64,000 nucleotides of DNA from a virus. Lineage: Duplodnaviria > Caudoviricetes. The position numbers and the translations under genes are program-made. The notes under the pieces are model-generated. The model worked only from the letters and a program-made list of their open reading frames with translations, did no database searches and was not told the origin of the DNA. Positions 51,565 through 63,396 of this stretch are shown in pieces (the stretch's first letter is position 1; the number at the start of each line of letters is the position of its first letter). The stretch covers positions 1-64,000 of the IMG/VR virus record IMGVR_UViG_2595698882_000001. The stretch is one strand, 5' to 3'.

Positions 51565-53721
51565 ATGACGACTATAGTTAAGCGTTACCCTACTTTTGAA
51601 ATAGATTTTGTTACAGAAAAAACATCATACGAGTTAAAATACGATACAAGCAAGCAGCTAACCCAGAGAGACTTCGAAGAGTCCATTCTGTCATTTAGTA
51701 CCAAGAACTCCATGGAGGACGACAGCCCTGTGTTCTCTTTAGTTATTACTGCTAAGGAGAAGTGGGATAAGGTACTGACTTCAAATGACCTTATCAGGAT
51801 TCGGGTTATACCTGATGTAACAAAGGGAAAACCGGAAAACCCTTATGTCATGGTTGGTCTAATATCAGATATACATAAAGAAGGAGAGTATAACGAGGGA
51901 ACGTTACTATACCGGATAACCGGGAGAGCAATGACGAAAGCACTTATTGACTTCTCTGTAGGTGTTATCCAAGAAGTAGCTACGATTATTCCGAGCATTG
52001 GGTGGCTGCCTGATGGTGAGAAGAACGGTCTAAAGTTCTCAGGTAACACAGCAGCGGGAATAGGCGATGAGCTCATGGAGCGCTTCGTATACAAATACGC
52101 CAAGTATGACTTTGCAGGAGGTAAGAAACTGAATGACTACCTAATGCATAGCTTCTCAAGCTGGGAAGATGATGAAAAACTAGCGGACGCTACACCGTTT
52201 ATCAACTATGAAGGTAGTATCCGCCAGTTTTTAGAGGATATCGTAGCTAAGCCATTCAATGAGTTATTCTTCGAGTACACTTCGGACGGTAAATGTGTGG
52301 CTCTAATGCGCCCAACACCGTTTGATCCCTCCAAGTGGTACCAGCTACCCACATTCCGATTCACTTCAGACGTTGTTGTGCAGGAGTCCTTTGGAAAATC
52401 CGATGCAGAGATGTACTCAGTATTCGTTGTACAGGCGCCTAATATGATGGAGTTCAGCAGTATGGACTTAGGTGTATATCCTAAGTTTCACCCAGACCTT
52501 GTAAAGAAGTATGGGTACAAAAGATTGGATGCCCAGAACAGGTACCTTCTATCTAGTACCCTTAACAGCTCTACTCAAGACGCATCTACTGGAGGATCAT
52601 CTGGAAGCCTCCCATCCTTTGAAGAAGTGCTTACCTTCATAACTCAGAACAACTTTACTGATCCTGAAGTTTTGCGGACACAGAAAGACACTGTCTACTC
52701 TGAGCTTGTAGCGAAGTTCCCTTCGATGTCTAAGTCCTTAGCTAATGGGATCATTGACAGCCTCAAAGCGGGAGAGTTTACCCGGGAGGAGTACAATAAC
52801 CTGACCACGTCCACAGGAGACTCCGAGGTAGACAAAGAGATTAACAAAGAAAAAGGGGTAGCCAACAAGAAGCTAGAGAAGTACACACAACGCTTGTTTA
52901 ACTGGTACTGTGAGAACGTTAACTTTTACAACGGAGATATCCGGGTCATCGGTAACCCTACATATCGGGTAGGTTCTAGAGTTCTATACGAGGACTTCGA
53001 GCAGCAGACAACTTGGGAGTTCTACGTAGAATCCGTACAACACGAGTTCAGCTTCTCAAATGGATATACCACGGTTCTTGGGGTGACTAGAGGTTTACCT
53101 AACTCAGGAGAGAAACGGTTTAGAAACCTGTGGGGTAAATCTGAAGACTTCAAAGGAGGTTACTTAGGGGAGAAGTCTCTAGAGGACTTACTCAAGGAAG
53201 CTCAGAAAGCCAACTCAGTTAAAGATGGAGAAGGCGATGGTGGCGGAGATTGGGGAGAAGGTTCCGGCGGTGGCGGAGCTATGGGAGCCTTAAACACAGC
53301 AAAAGCTATGGCAGAAAGGAAGTCTGTATATGTGTTCGGCGGAGGACGTACAGGAAAGAACCCGTTCCTTTCATCTCCGATCAAGATAGACTGCTCCTCT
53401 TTTGTATGGTGGTGCTACTACCTGAACGGTGTAACTCTAAAAGGCGGTAAAACCGGGATGACTACAGACACGATCAAAGTAGACCCGCAGCTTAAGACAA
53501 TTAGTAGCAGAGGCTCATCTAAGAGTGTAGCTAAAAGTAAAATCCAGCAGGGAGACATTGTCTACTTCGATACATACAAGGCAGATGGTCACGTTGGTAT
53601 TTATCTAGGTGCAGGTAAATTTATCGGAGCTCAAAGCAGCACAGGTATAGCAGCTGCCAATATGAACAGTGGGTACTGGTGGAACAAGTTTAACGGAAGG
53701 GTGCTTCGATACCAAGGATAA
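51565..53721 (+). CDS. baseplate hub / tail lysin with C-terminal NlpC/P60 peptidase
   Basis: DCSSFV...GD.V.F...GHVGIY.G.G.FI; position after the tape measure gene. Confidence 0.88.
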   Translation: MTTIVKRYPTFEIDFVTEKTSYELKYDTSKQLTQRDFEESILSFSTKNSMEDDSPVFSLVITAKEKWDKVLTSNDLIRIRVIPDVTKGKPENPYVMVGLISDIHKEGEYNEGTLLYRITGRAMTKALIDFSVGVIQEVATIIPSIGWLPDGEKNGLKFSGNTAAGIGDELMERFVYKYAKYDFAGGKKLNDYLMHSFSSWEDDEKLADATPFINYEGSIRQFLEDIVAKPFNELFFEYTSDGKCVALMRPTPFDPSKWYQLPTFRFTSDVVVQESFGKSDAEMYSVFVVQAPNMMEFSSMDLGVYPKFHPDLVKKYGYKRLDAQNRYLLSSTLNSSTQDASTGGSSGSLPSFEEVLTFITQNNFTDPEVLRTQKDTVYSELVAKFPSMSKSLANGIIDSLKAGEFTREEYNNLTTSTGDSEVDKEINKEKGVANKKLEKYTQRLFNWYCENVNFYNGDIRVIGNPTYRVGSRVLYEDFEQQTTWEFYVESVQHEFSFSNGYTTVLGVTRGLPNSGEKRFRNLWGKSEDFKGGYLGEKSLEDLLKEAQKANSVKDGEGDGGGDWGEGSGGGGAMGALNTAKAMAERKSVYVFGGGRTGKNPFLSSPIKIDCSSFVWWCYYLNGVTLKGGKTGMTTDTIKVDPQLKTISSRGSSKSVAKSKIQQGDIVYFDTYKADGHVGIYLGAGKFIGAQSSTGIAAANMNSGYWWNKFNGRVLRYQG

Positions 53722-53731
53722 CGAAGGATAG

Positions 53732-55807
53732 GTGAGAATATTGGATAATGAGAAATTTGAGATGCTGAATCCGCTCTCCCCTATGCGGTTCCAATCTCAG
53801 CTAGGTAAAGAGACTAAGCGGATGTACCAAGAGGGGAAGAATATTGTCCGGCTTTCCCTTGCCCGGGTATTAAAAGTTAACTACAAGTACAATACAGTCG
53901 AAGTTATTACGACTTTACATAAGAACAACCTGTCAAAGAATCCCAATGATAATGGGAAGTTCTCAGCACGTCTACCTGTAGCCTTCGGAGGGACTACACC
54001 GGACGGTAAGGTTTACGGTTCCAATACATTAGTCACTGTAGGCTCTCTTGTACTTATCGGGTTTATGGAGGGGTCAAAGGACTACCCAATAGTTATTAAC
54101 ATATATGGAGATACCAACAACCAATCCCTTCTCACCCGGACTTCATTCACTAGCGGAGATGCTACGGACGAAGACATGCAGCGGGAACTATGGCAGCTAT
54201 TTACCTTGTTCCCTTCTATGACATATAAGAATATTGACGGTAACGGAAACCAAGAAGTAACCTTCTCAGGAAAGTCATTTATGTATATCACAGACACGGA
54301 TCAAGAGAATGCCTACGTTCAGGACGCCGGGTTTGATTACGCAGACCTCCCAAGCTCTAGGTACGCTAATGGCGAGCTTATCGAACCTAAGTCCCCGGAC
54401 TCCCCGACACTGCTTTATGTGCATCAAGGTATTTATCAAAAGCATAGGGTGACGTTCTTTATCAAGTCAGATGGAACGGTAAGACTGGGCAGCCGACATC
54501 TAGACGGTCAAGGGATTACCTATATGGAGATGACAACCGATGGAGGATTCCAAGTATACCAGAAGAAGGACACCACAAACCCGGAAGAAGAGTCTGAAAA
54601 GTTTTCTAGATTCGGTGTTACTGAAGACGGTAGTGTAATTCTCCAGTCACAGAAGCACATCTTCGAAGTCAATAACGAGGGTATTTATGTAGATGGTAAG
54701 TCCCTTGCAACATTCGGAGGCGGAGGTACCGATGGGGATGGAAACACCATCACGTTTGAAGATATCCTGAATGACCTTGAGGACCTACAGACCTCTATAA
54801 CGGTTATGAATGGTAAAATAGAAACAAAGATAAGCAAAACCCAGTATGACATTGATATGGACGGTGTACGGCGGTATGCGGAAGAGTTAGTAGATGGTGT
54901 GGAGACAGAAATCAACGACATCAACAAGACTCTTGACAATCTTGATGAATACATAGACGGCTCTTTTAAAGACGGGATCATCGACACTGCCGAGGCAGCC
55001 GCTATTCAGGCGTATATCAACACGTTGAATACCGAAAAGGCAGACATTGACGCAAAGTACACAGAAATCTATAACAACGAATTTATGAGTGACTCGGAGA
55101 AAGTTAAACTCCAAAATGCAAAAGGTAGTTACGATAGTAAACACACTGCATTGATTGATACGATTAATGGAGCTATTGTGGACGGGAAAATTACTCAAGA
55201 GGACAGGGAAGCAGTAGATCAGGCATTTGATGCGTACCACAGCGCTGTTTCCACCCTCTCTGCTGCTTTTGAATCGGCAGCCGATGTTATCTCCCTCAAT
55301 AAAGCTAAAAAGGCTCTAGAGGACGCCAAAGGATACACTGACGGGGAGATTAAAACAGTTAACTCCACCATTACTCAACTAGCGGACTCCATTACATCAA
55401 AAGTAGACTCGACAACGTTTACGAATGTTGTTAAGGATTTAGACTCGAAAATTGCGACTACAGAAGATAATCTGAAAAAGGATATAAACGATGTAGACAC
55501 TCGCATTGACGATGTCGAGAAGAAAGTGGTTTATCGAGCTGAGATTATTAGTACGAACGGTATGATATTTAGAAAGGGAACGACAAACACCACTCTCTTC
55601 TGTAAAGTATATCACGGAGATCAGGAAGTGACAAATACAATTGATGCCAGCAGATTTAAGTGGACCCGGGTATCGGACGATGCAGACGGAGACACTGCGT
55701 GGAACAACGCCCATTCTGCCGGAACTAAGTCAGTTGCAATCACTCCTTCAGATGTACAGGTGCGAGCTACTTTTAACTGTACGATTTTAGACGAGAATTT
55801 ACAATAA
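53732..55807 (+). CDS. baseplate central spike / tail fibre proximal protein
   Basis: LARVLKVNYKYNTV N-terminus typical of this slot; C-terminal coiled coil. Confidence 0.7.
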   Translation: MRILDNEKFEMLNPLSPMRFQSQLGKETKRMYQEGKNIVRLSLARVLKVNYKYNTVEVITTLHKNNLSKNPNDNGKFSARLPVAFGGTTPDGKVYGSNTLVTVGSLVLIGFMEGSKDYPIVINIYGDTNNQSLLTRTSFTSGDATDEDMQRELWQLFTLFPSMTYKNIDGNGNQEVTFSGKSFMYITDTDQENAYVQDAGFDYADLPSSRYANGELIEPKSPDSPTLLYVHQGIYQKHRVTFFIKSDGTVRLGSRHLDGQGITYMEMTTDGGFQVYQKKDTTNPEEESEKFSRFGVTEDGSVILQSQKHIFEVNNEGIYVDGKSLATFGGGGTDGDGNTITFEDILNDLEDLQTSITVMNGKIETKISKTQYDIDMDGVRRYAEELVDGVETEINDINKTLDNLDEYIDGSFKDGIIDTAEAAAIQAYINTLNTEKADIDAKYTEIYNNEFMSDSEKVKLQNAKGSYDSKHTALIDTINGAIVDGKITQEDREAVDQAFDAYHSAVSTLSAAFESAADVISLNKAKKALEDAKGYTDGEIKTVNSTITQLADSITSKVDSTTFTNVVKDLDSKIATTEDNLKKDINDVDTRIDDVEKKVVYRAEIISTNGMIFRKGTTNTTLFCKVYHGDQEVTNTIDASRFKWTRVSDDADGDTAWNNAHSAGTKSVAITPSDVQVRATFNCTILDENLQ

Positions 55808-55823
55808 TAGGAGGGACTATTGC

Positions 55824-58800
55824 ATGTCTATTGCAACAGGACAGATTACATTAACGGATTACAATGACGCTATCACACTCACAGGTTTTATCACAGCTAA
55901 CAGCCCGAGAATGCAGCAGTACAATCCAGATAATGAAACATTCAACCCAGACTGGACTAAGAATCCGTTAATTCTAACAGCCTCCCTTTATATCATGGGA
56001 GACACAGATAACATCATCTCAAGTAATGATGTTCAAAAAGTTGAGTGGTTTGATGCGGCTAATCCGGGGACACCTCTGACAACGGGAGGACCTTATAGTG
56101 TAAACCGTGAGACCCTCACTATTAAACAAAACATCCTTTCAACGAAGCCAGCTGTAGACTTCATATGTCAAGTTACATACCGAGATAGTACGACTATGCT
56201 AGACATCCTCACAAAAATGAGTATCTCATTAAGCCGGGTTACTAACGGCAGCGGAATCACATCTGCTTCCGTATGGATGCCTAACGGAAACATTTTCAAG
56301 AACGACCAGATAGCTACCCTTATCGCAGAGTGCGATTTATGGAGAGGTGGGGTAGTAGATAACACAAACGTAGCGTATCAGTGGTACAACCAAGACCCGT
56401 CTATCACAACAGATCAAGGCGGGGGTCTAGGCTGGAGAAAACTTACTGATAGTACCAACAGCGGCGAGACTGGGTACACTACAAGGCAGCTTACTGTCCC
56501 GGCAAGTGCTGTCCCTAGTTTCGAAGTATACAAGTGTATCGTAACTGATCTGAACACGGCGAGCAATACATACAACGAAACCTTTCAAGGAACTGCTGCC
56601 TTTATTGATCAGTCTGACCCGATCCAGATGTCAATCACGTCTACAGGAGGGGACGTATTTAAAAATGGGGTAGGCTCCTCGGACCTAACTGCCCATATGT
56701 TCCGTGCAGGTGACGAGATAGATGAAGATGGTAAAGAGTATACATACAAATGGTATAAGTACGATAAGGACGGAGTTCTTGTAACAGGGTTTGGTGGTTC
56801 AAACAACTACAAGACTGGAAAAACGATCACGGTAAGCAGCGATGACGTAGACACTAAGGCAACCTTCCTATGTGAAACATCCGCAGCAGTAGGTCAGTTC
56901 ACTGTATACGACATTACAGATGTGATTGTGAGCGCTACTGAGCCAGCAAATCCTGTTAATGGGACTATATGGCTTAACACTTCTGGGCAGCCTCCGTACC
57001 GTTTCTACATGTACAAAGATGGTGTCTGGGAGACTACAGACTATGATAGCTTAGAGTCCCTAGACCCAGAGGCGTATGACAAAGTAAGAGACGCATATAA
57101 TGCGATCACCGATCTCGATATGGATAACCGCTTAACAAGGTATGAGCGCAGCGTAGTCCGGGGAGAGCTGGCAAACATTATCGGTACGTACCTGAGCAGT
57201 ACAGCTGCTATGCCAACCATTGAGGAAGTGGATGCCAGTGGAGTAGGTGCGTTATACTCTATCCGGCAACAGGCTAGGGACATTGGGGTCTCTACTTCAA
57301 ACACTAACTATGTACGGCTAGGCACTGCTTACACAGCGCTCAGAACATACCTGTCAGGATTAGCGATAAAGCCATGGGACGTAGACTCGGATGGAACTCT
57401 GGATATTGTAAGCGAGGACTGGGATAACGCATGGAAAGACTACTATTTAGCGTATAACTTCCTTGGGATTACTGTTACAAACAGACAGAAAGAGTATTCC
57501 GATCTCGTGGGGGAAGGCGCTGTCCAAGATGCGATTAAAGCAGTGAGTAACTCCGCTCAGTTTAAAGAAGCTCCGATAGCTAACCCAATGAACATTAATG
57601 CACCTATCGCAAGTTTAGGTCTCCCTTCCTTCCAAGGTCGTCATGTAGACGTATGGTCCATGACCCCAGACGCACAGGCTAACTGGGCACTAGGAGGTAA
57701 CAGGATAAAGCCAATCACAAATCCTACGTTTAGTTCCGCAGGTTCGGTAGAAATCATTGGTAAGTTTTATGGAGACGGTACAAACAACGATGAGTTCTCA
57801 TGGGATAAAGAAGGGCGTCCAGTAAAAACAACTCGTTGGGTGGATGTATCTTTAGACGACTCCTTCACTTGGGTGTTTGGAGTAGATGGAACAGGGTATA
57901 AACAGGTAGCTGTTCCTGCGTTCTCTGCGATAGCTCCAGTAGATATGTCAGTATCGGCAGTCAAACATAACGGAAATGTCCTAACCACTATTGGAGACAC
58001 CCTTACAGCAGCAGATCAGGTCATGCTTAAGAACGCTGATAGTGTCCTCAATATCACTGTAGCGGACACGGACAGTGGGTGGGGCGAGACTTATACTCCA
58101 GAACCAGCAGAGATTCTCGCATATTTTAATGGGTGGAAAATGTGTAACGGCACCTTCGATCAGCCTTATGATGGTACAGGTACAAAAGTGTGGTACCCGA
58201 TTGGAGACTTAGACCTTTCCCGGGCTACTAACTCCAACGGAACCGCCAACCCGGTACCTACCGATGTATCTCCTACTATAAAGGAGCAGTCGATAAATCT
58301 ATATCAGATTGTATACCGAAACGACACAGCTGTCCAAGAGATCATTCAGTTTGACGGTATCCTGTCCTTGTTAGAAGGGGATAACGAAGTACAAATTACA
58401 TATCCAGTAGACACACCGGAGATCACAACTGGAACCATTAAATATGCAACAAACCTAGCTACTGTAACTGATAATCTGAAATATTGGATTCCTACTCTTC
58501 AACAGCGAGTATCCAAAGCCGAGGAAGTTATCACGGATGACGCCATCATCAATACAGTAACACAGTCCACACAGTACCAGTTAACCTTAGCTAGTAAAGC
58601 GGATACAGATGCACTGGCGGACTACGCAACAAACTCTGACCTAGACGATCTATCTGGAGACATTGATGGAAGAATTAACAACGCCATCAATGCTATCGAC
58701 TTCAGCCCGTATGCAACCAAGTCTGAGTTAGCACAAACAGCCACAGACATCACAGCAAAGTTCCAAGCTGCGGGCGGTATGAACTTGATTAAAAACTCTA

Positions 58801-59537
58801 TCGGTTTTGCTGACTTAGACTTCTGGGGATGGTTTTCTAACCATCCTGTAGATACGATCAGTACGAACGAGTTAGACATCCTCGGGTTTGGTAGTGGGTT
58901 CCTCTACAATCCTGATGGGCATAACAAAGGGATTACACAAGAAATTAATGTTATTCCGGGGCAGCCATACACCTTGTCTTGGTACCTAAATAAGAGAACG
59001 AGTGGACCTGATTCATCTTATAGATTCTGGATTCAAATACTTGAAAATGACGTGATAACCCTTCAGGTAGCGGACAATAGTGCAAAGACTACTATAGGAT
59101 ACGAATCCAGTTACATGACCTATACTCCTCAATCAGACGTTATGCAGGTGAGATTCATCGGGTATGCGAATGTTGATGCAACTCTCACAGGCGTCATGCT
59201 GACAATCGGTGATGTTCCATTGAAGTGGTCCCTTTCAACTGGAGAGGTGTATAACACGAATATTCGTATGAACATCAACGGTATCCGAGTATCGCAGTTA
59301 GACGCTAATCGACAGGAAATCGGGTTCACTCAAATCACCCCGGAGGAATTTGCAGGATATTACGATACAGAAGGAAATGGCTCCTTCCAGAAGGTATTCT
59401 ACTTAAACGGGGACGAAACGGTCACTAGAAAGCTTAGGGCTACCGATTCAATTGTTATGCAGGATATTCAGATTATTAACGTTGATACAGCCGATAGGAA
59501 AGGGTGGGCGTTTATTCCGAATATTGACACGGAGTAG
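55824..59537 (+). CDS. large tail fibre/baseplate protein with Ig-like and carbohydrate-binding modules
   Basis: Beta-rich repeats; GGMNLIKNS CBM-like segment. Confidence 0.75.
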   Translation: MSIATGQITLTDYNDAITLTGFITANSPRMQQYNPDNETFNPDWTKNPLILTASLYIMGDTDNIISSNDVQKVEWFDAANPGTPLTTGGPYSVNRETLTIKQNILSTKPAVDFICQVTYRDSTTMLDILTKMSISLSRVTNGSGITSASVWMPNGNIFKNDQIATLIAECDLWRGGVVDNTNVAYQWYNQDPSITTDQGGGLGWRKLTDSTNSGETGYTTRQLTVPASAVPSFEVYKCIVTDLNTASNTYNETFQGTAAFIDQSDPIQMSITSTGGDVFKNGVGSSDLTAHMFRAGDEIDEDGKEYTYKWYKYDKDGVLVTGFGGSNNYKTGKTITVSSDDVDTKATFLCETSAAVGQFTVYDITDVIVSATEPANPVNGTIWLNTSGQPPYRFYMYKDGVWETTDYDSLESLDPEAYDKVRDAYNAITDLDMDNRLTRYERSVVRGELANIIGTYLSSTAAMPTIEEVDASGVGALYSIRQQARDIGVSTSNTNYVRLGTAYTALRTYLSGLAIKPWDVDSDGTLDIVSEDWDNAWKDYYLAYNFLGITVTNRQKEYSDLVGEGAVQDAIKAVSNSAQFKEAPIANPMNINAPIASLGLPSFQGRHVDVWSMTPDAQANWALGGNRIKPITNPTFSSAGSVEIIGKFYGDGTNNDEFSWDKEGRPVKTTRWVDVSLDDSFTWVFGVDGTGYKQVAVPAFSAIAPVDMSVSAVKHNGNVLTTIGDTLTAADQVMLKNADSVLNITVADTDSGWGETYTPEPAEILAYFNGWKMCNGTFDQPYDGTGTKVWYPIGDLDLSRATNSNGTANPVPTDVSPTIKEQSINLYQIVYRNDTAVQEIIQFDGILSLLEGDNEVQITYPVDTPEITTGTIKYATNLATVTDNLKYWIPTLQQRVSKAEEVITDDAIINTVTQSTQYQLTLASKADTDALADYATNSDLDDLSGDIDGRINNAINAIDFSPYATKSELAQTATDITAKFQAAGGMNLIKNSIGFADLDFWGWFSNHPVDTISTNELDILGFGSGFLYNPDGHNKGITQEINVIPGQPYTLSWYLNKRTSGPDSSYRFWIQILENDVITLQVADNSAKTTIGYESSYMTYTPQSDVMQVRFIGYANVDATLTGVMLTIGDVPLKWSLSTGEVYNTNIRMNINGIRVSQLDANRQEIGFTQITPEEFAGYYDTEGNGSFQKVFYLNGDETVTRKLRATDSIVMQDIQIINVDTADRKGWAFIPNIDTE

Positions 59538-59620
59538 TTTTCAAGATACTTGCTGCTTGTATGTTATAATAAATATACAGGCAGCTAAGTACCTTTATAA
59601 TCTTAAATGGAGGAATGTAA

Positions 59621-62503
59621 ATGGCGTTATCAGGAACTATATCTACGTCCGTTCGTACTCACTGGAAGCTATCTGTAAGCTGGTCAGCTACCCAGAGTAT
59701 ATCGAACAACACGAGTACGATAACAGCAAAAATGTACTGGGAAGCTGTAGATGGTTATGGGGCAATTTACTCTGACGTATCAAAAAGTGGCTCTATTTAC
59801 ATTGACGGTACTTGGTACAATTTCAGCGGGGCAGGTCTAGCGAGACTTAGTCCAAACCAAAAGAAGTTAATTGCAACAAAATCTAAAACAGTAAAGCACA
59901 ACGCCGATGGTACAAAGTCATTTAGTCTAGGTGGTTGGTTTGATCCTGATGTAGACCTTGGAGGGCACCAAGGGAAGATCAGCCTTTCAAACAAGACGTT
60001 TACACTAAATACAATCCCACGTAAATCTACAATGTCCTCTGGAGGAGACTTTACAGCAGGAAGCGACCGGACAATCTCAATCTCCCGGGCATCATCTTCG
60101 TTCTCCCATAAGCTGTATATCGACATTAAAGACTCTGGAGGAAACTGGGTTAATATTAAGTCCATAAACTTCTCTAAATCGGAAACATCTAAGTCTACAT
60201 CTTTCTCGACTGATGAAAAGAAGACGATCTTCCGAGCTCTAAATGAGAGAACATCGGCGCAGATAAGGTATAATCTCCATACCTTAAGCGGCAGTAACGA
60301 TATTGGATATAATACCTACTATGGGACTGCAAATAGACCTAAGCTGAGTGTTGTCAACAAGCTTAATGGGCAGGCTGGCAGCTCTAATAGTGTATATATC
60401 GACCAGAGTTTAACAATTGACTTGACTCGATATGACAGCGAGTTCGATCATAAGGTGCAGGTCATCTGCGGATCGTTTACCAAAGAGTTTAATGGTGTAG
60501 GATACACACAGAGCTGGACTCCTACAGCGAGCGAACAATCTACACTATATGGTATACTAAATAATGTAATCAGCAAATCAGCAACCGTGAGAGTGTATAC
60601 ATACTATAATGGGGTTAGAGTAGGGTCAACAGACTACGGGATGACGTATTATGTTCGGTCTAGTAACAATAAACCTACGTTTACAGATGCAGGTATATTC
60701 TATACTGACACAAACCCGACTACATTAAATATTACAGCAGACGATCAATACATAATTCAAGGAGTATCTACTTTGAGAGTAGAAATACCTGTCGAATCTA
60801 AGGCAGTAGCTGTTAACGGTGCCACAATGAAATCATATTCTATCACAGTTAACGGTGTAACTAAAAACGTAAACTATTCTTCGACAGGAACTGTATCAGC
60901 AGACTTTGGTACAATCAACTCGGCTTCTAATGCAACAGTGAGTATCAAGGCTATTGACAGTCGAGGGTTGAGTACAGCAGTGACGAAGGTAGTGAAGATT
61001 GTTCCTTATGCGTATCCTTCTGTTACTACTACAGCTAAACGTACAAACGGGTATGAAAGGACCACAACTTTGACCCTCCGAGGGGGCTTATCTCCTATCG
61101 CAGTCAACGGTTCTAACAGAAACGCCCTAGAGTCCGCAAGGTACCGTTACAAGTTGACAGATGCTACCACTTACGGAAGCTGGAATAACTTTACAGTATC
61201 AGGATTTCCGTCATACTCTGCAACAAATGTATCTCTAGACTTAGATGAAAATGAAACATGGGATGTGCAGGTAGAAGTATCCGACTCTTTAGGGGTCACA
61301 ACGAAAACAATATCTGTATCCGCAGGTAGACCAATTATGTTCCTAGATGCCCAGCGAAAGGCAGTAGGTATCGGAGACTTCCCTTCCAATGAGTATGAAC
61401 TGAAGATCAACGGTCGGATCGTATTTGGAGCGACTATGTGGGCTTCTAACGGAGGCGGAGAGGGCTTCGGAGCTATCGACCTTAATAACTCCGACATCTC
61501 TAACGCTAACGGCATTTATTTTGCAGACGTAGCTCAAAACATGAATGGTGAAGGCTTAATGTTCTTCAAGTCAGGTTCTCCCTACGGTTCTAGTGATCCT
61601 ACTCATTATGACAACCTGATGGTTCGAGATGGTGTTTTGTATCTAAACGCCGCAGGGTCAGAGATGAAGTTAGGTAACCACCTACAAATGCAAAACTATG
61701 ACATTCGAAATGTTAACCATATCACTATCAATGACCCCGGAGGTACCGAAGGTATTGAGTGGTTAGGTGGCAGTGGATGGAAGATTGTAGAGGCACCAAA
61801 TGACTTGTCCAATGTTGGAGGACCCCTACAGTTTGCTACAGGTAACTCTCGAAAAATCACCTTCTCTACATCAGGTAATATCTATCTTGCTGGAGGTACC
61901 TTTAAAGGGGAGTCAGGAGGATACACGTACTTTGCAAGTGCTGCACAAGCCTGCCTCACCAGTGATGCTCCCGGAGGTGCTTCAATACGAGTACATGTAG
62001 ACGGTGCAGGAGGTCGTGTATGGTCAAATGACATTTATAACCGAACCTACGATAAAGCGTCTAATGTTTATATCACAACAGAGGGTACTCTTGGAAGGTC
62101 TACCTCTGCTAGTAAGTACAAAGTTTTTATAAAGAAGGTAGACACTGAGCGCTTACCTAGTAAGATTCTTGAGCTTAATCCTAAGTCTTGGTATAACAAG
62201 ACCGCAGTAGAGCTGTACGCTGATCAACTGGGAACACCGGAAGATGATCTAGAATCAGGAGAGGAAGTAGAGGAAGATATTCCGTTCATTGAAAGAAGTT
62301 ACGGTTTAATTGCGGAGGACCTTGTAGCCGCAGGATTAGATATGTTCGTTAGTTGGGGTAAAGCAGACGAAAACGGGCAAAGAGAGGTTGAAGGGATTGA
62401 GTACGATAGACTATGGGTGCTCCTAATCCCCTTAGTTAGAGAACAGAAACAACAGATTGAAGAACTACAAGAAAGGATAGCTCAGTTAGAGCTATCCAAT
62501 TAG
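59621..62503 (+). CDS. receptor-binding tail fibre (siphophage-like N-terminus, C-terminal intramolecular chaperone)
   Basis: QSISNNTS...L.TIPR.S N-terminus; S.SKYK...YGLIAEDL...GIEYDRL..LL...+ coiled coil (peptidase S74-like). Confidence 0.8.
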   Translation: MALSGTISTSVRTHWKLSVSWSATQSISNNTSTITAKMYWEAVDGYGAIYSDVSKSGSIYIDGTWYNFSGAGLARLSPNQKKLIATKSKTVKHNADGTKSFSLGGWFDPDVDLGGHQGKISLSNKTFTLNTIPRKSTMSSGGDFTAGSDRTISISRASSSFSHKLYIDIKDSGGNWVNIKSINFSKSETSKSTSFSTDEKKTIFRALNERTSAQIRYNLHTLSGSNDIGYNTYYGTANRPKLSVVNKLNGQAGSSNSVYIDQSLTIDLTRYDSEFDHKVQVICGSFTKEFNGVGYTQSWTPTASEQSTLYGILNNVISKSATVRVYTYYNGVRVGSTDYGMTYYVRSSNNKPTFTDAGIFYTDTNPTTLNITADDQYIIQGVSTLRVEIPVESKAVAVNGATMKSYSITVNGVTKNVNYSSTGTVSADFGTINSASNATVSIKAIDSRGLSTAVTKVVKIVPYAYPSVTTTAKRTNGYERTTTLTLRGGLSPIAVNGSNRNALESARYRYKLTDATTYGSWNNFTVSGFPSYSATNVSLDLDENETWDVQVEVSDSLGVTTKTISVSAGRPIMFLDAQRKAVGIGDFPSNEYELKINGRIVFGATMWASNGGGEGFGAIDLNNSDISNANGIYFADVAQNMNGEGLMFFKSGSPYGSSDPTHYDNLMVRDGVLYLNAAGSEMKLGNHLQMQNYDIRNVNHITINDPGGTEGIEWLGGSGWKIVEAPNDLSNVGGPLQFATGNSRKITFSTSGNIYLAGGTFKGESGGYTYFASAAQACLTSDAPGGASIRVHVDGAGGRVWSNDIYNRTYDKASNVYITTEGTLGRSTSASKYKVFIKKVDTERLPSKILELNPKSWYNKTAVELYADQLGTPEDDLESGEEVEEDIPFIERSYGLIAEDLVAAGLDMFVSWGKADENGQREVEGIEYDRLWVLLIPLVREQKQQIEELQERIAQLELSN

Positions 62504-62514
62504 GAGGAATTAAG

Positions 62515-62724
62515 ATGTCAAATGATAGAAAAGAAAATGTCGAAAAAGTTGAAAATTCTGGGAACCCTGTGAACTACAACTACGTACTACAAGAGTACCA
62601 GCAAACCATCTCCCAACTTACCAGCGAGCTTGTGTATCTAAAAGCAAGAGTAAGAACTCTTGAGGATGAACTGCAAGAAAGTAATGATAGCGAAGAAAAA
62701 ACAGAACATAGACTAAAGAAATAA
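62515..62724 (+). CDS. small coiled-coil protein
   Basis: AGGAGG RBS. Confidence 0.75.
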   Translation: MSNDRKENVEKVENSGNPVNYNYVLQEYQQTISQLTSELVYLKARVRTLEDELQESNDSEEKTEHRLKK

Positions 62725-62737
62725 CGGAAGGTGACTT

Positions 62738-63352
62738 ATGGATATGCCAATTTTATCATCACTTGAGAAAAAAGTTTTAGAAGTTGGTTACGATGGATTA
62801 TCTTTGAGCGAAAAGAACGATTATATTCGATTGGTAGCTTCTAGAAAACAAAAGTTAATAAACCAAGTTACAGATCAGGATTTACTGGACTACCACAAGG
62901 AATTTAAAATTTACGTTTTCCAAGTAACTTGTGACACGGAGATCGCTAGGGGCTTTACCGCTTCTAATGGTCATACCTACAGAACTAATCGAGAAGATCA
63001 AACAAACATGCTCGCAACGAAAATTCAACTATCCGAAGACCCTACCATTACTGAGGTGTATTGGTTAACACAAGATGCAGGATACCTTATGCACACTAGA
63101 GAAGAGTGGTTGAAGGTATACAACGAAGCCTTTGAGCATAAAAAGAACTTAGTATATAAGAACGGTGAACTTCGTAGAATGATCGAAAACGCCTCTACAG
63201 ACGCAGAAGTAGTAGCGATCAAATGGGAAAATCCGTTCCCTCCTGTTACTACTCCAGCTCCGGTTCCTGAACCGACACCTGAACCAGACCCAGAACCTTC
63301 TTCTGGTGAGACCGACAATTCATCCAGCTCTGAGGGTTCCGTATCTGAGTGA
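62738..63352 (+). CDS. tail fibre assembly-like protein (DUF4376-like) with PE-rich tail
   Basis: I..GF...G..Y.....DQ.NM...W.T.D...I.W pattern. Confidence 0.65.
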   Translation: MDMPILSSLEKKVLEVGYDGLSLSEKNDYIRLVASRKQKLINQVTDQDLLDYHKEFKIYVFQVTCDTEIARGFTASNGHTYRTNREDQTNMLATKIQLSEDPTITEVYWLTQDAGYLMHTREEWLKVYNEAFEHKKNLVYKNGELRRMIENASTDAEVVAIKWENPFPPVTTPAPVPEPTPEPDPEPSSGETDNSSSSEGSVSE

Positions 63353-63396
63353 CTGCGTAAGCTTCTAGGTCTACTGACTTAGATGATTTAAGGGAG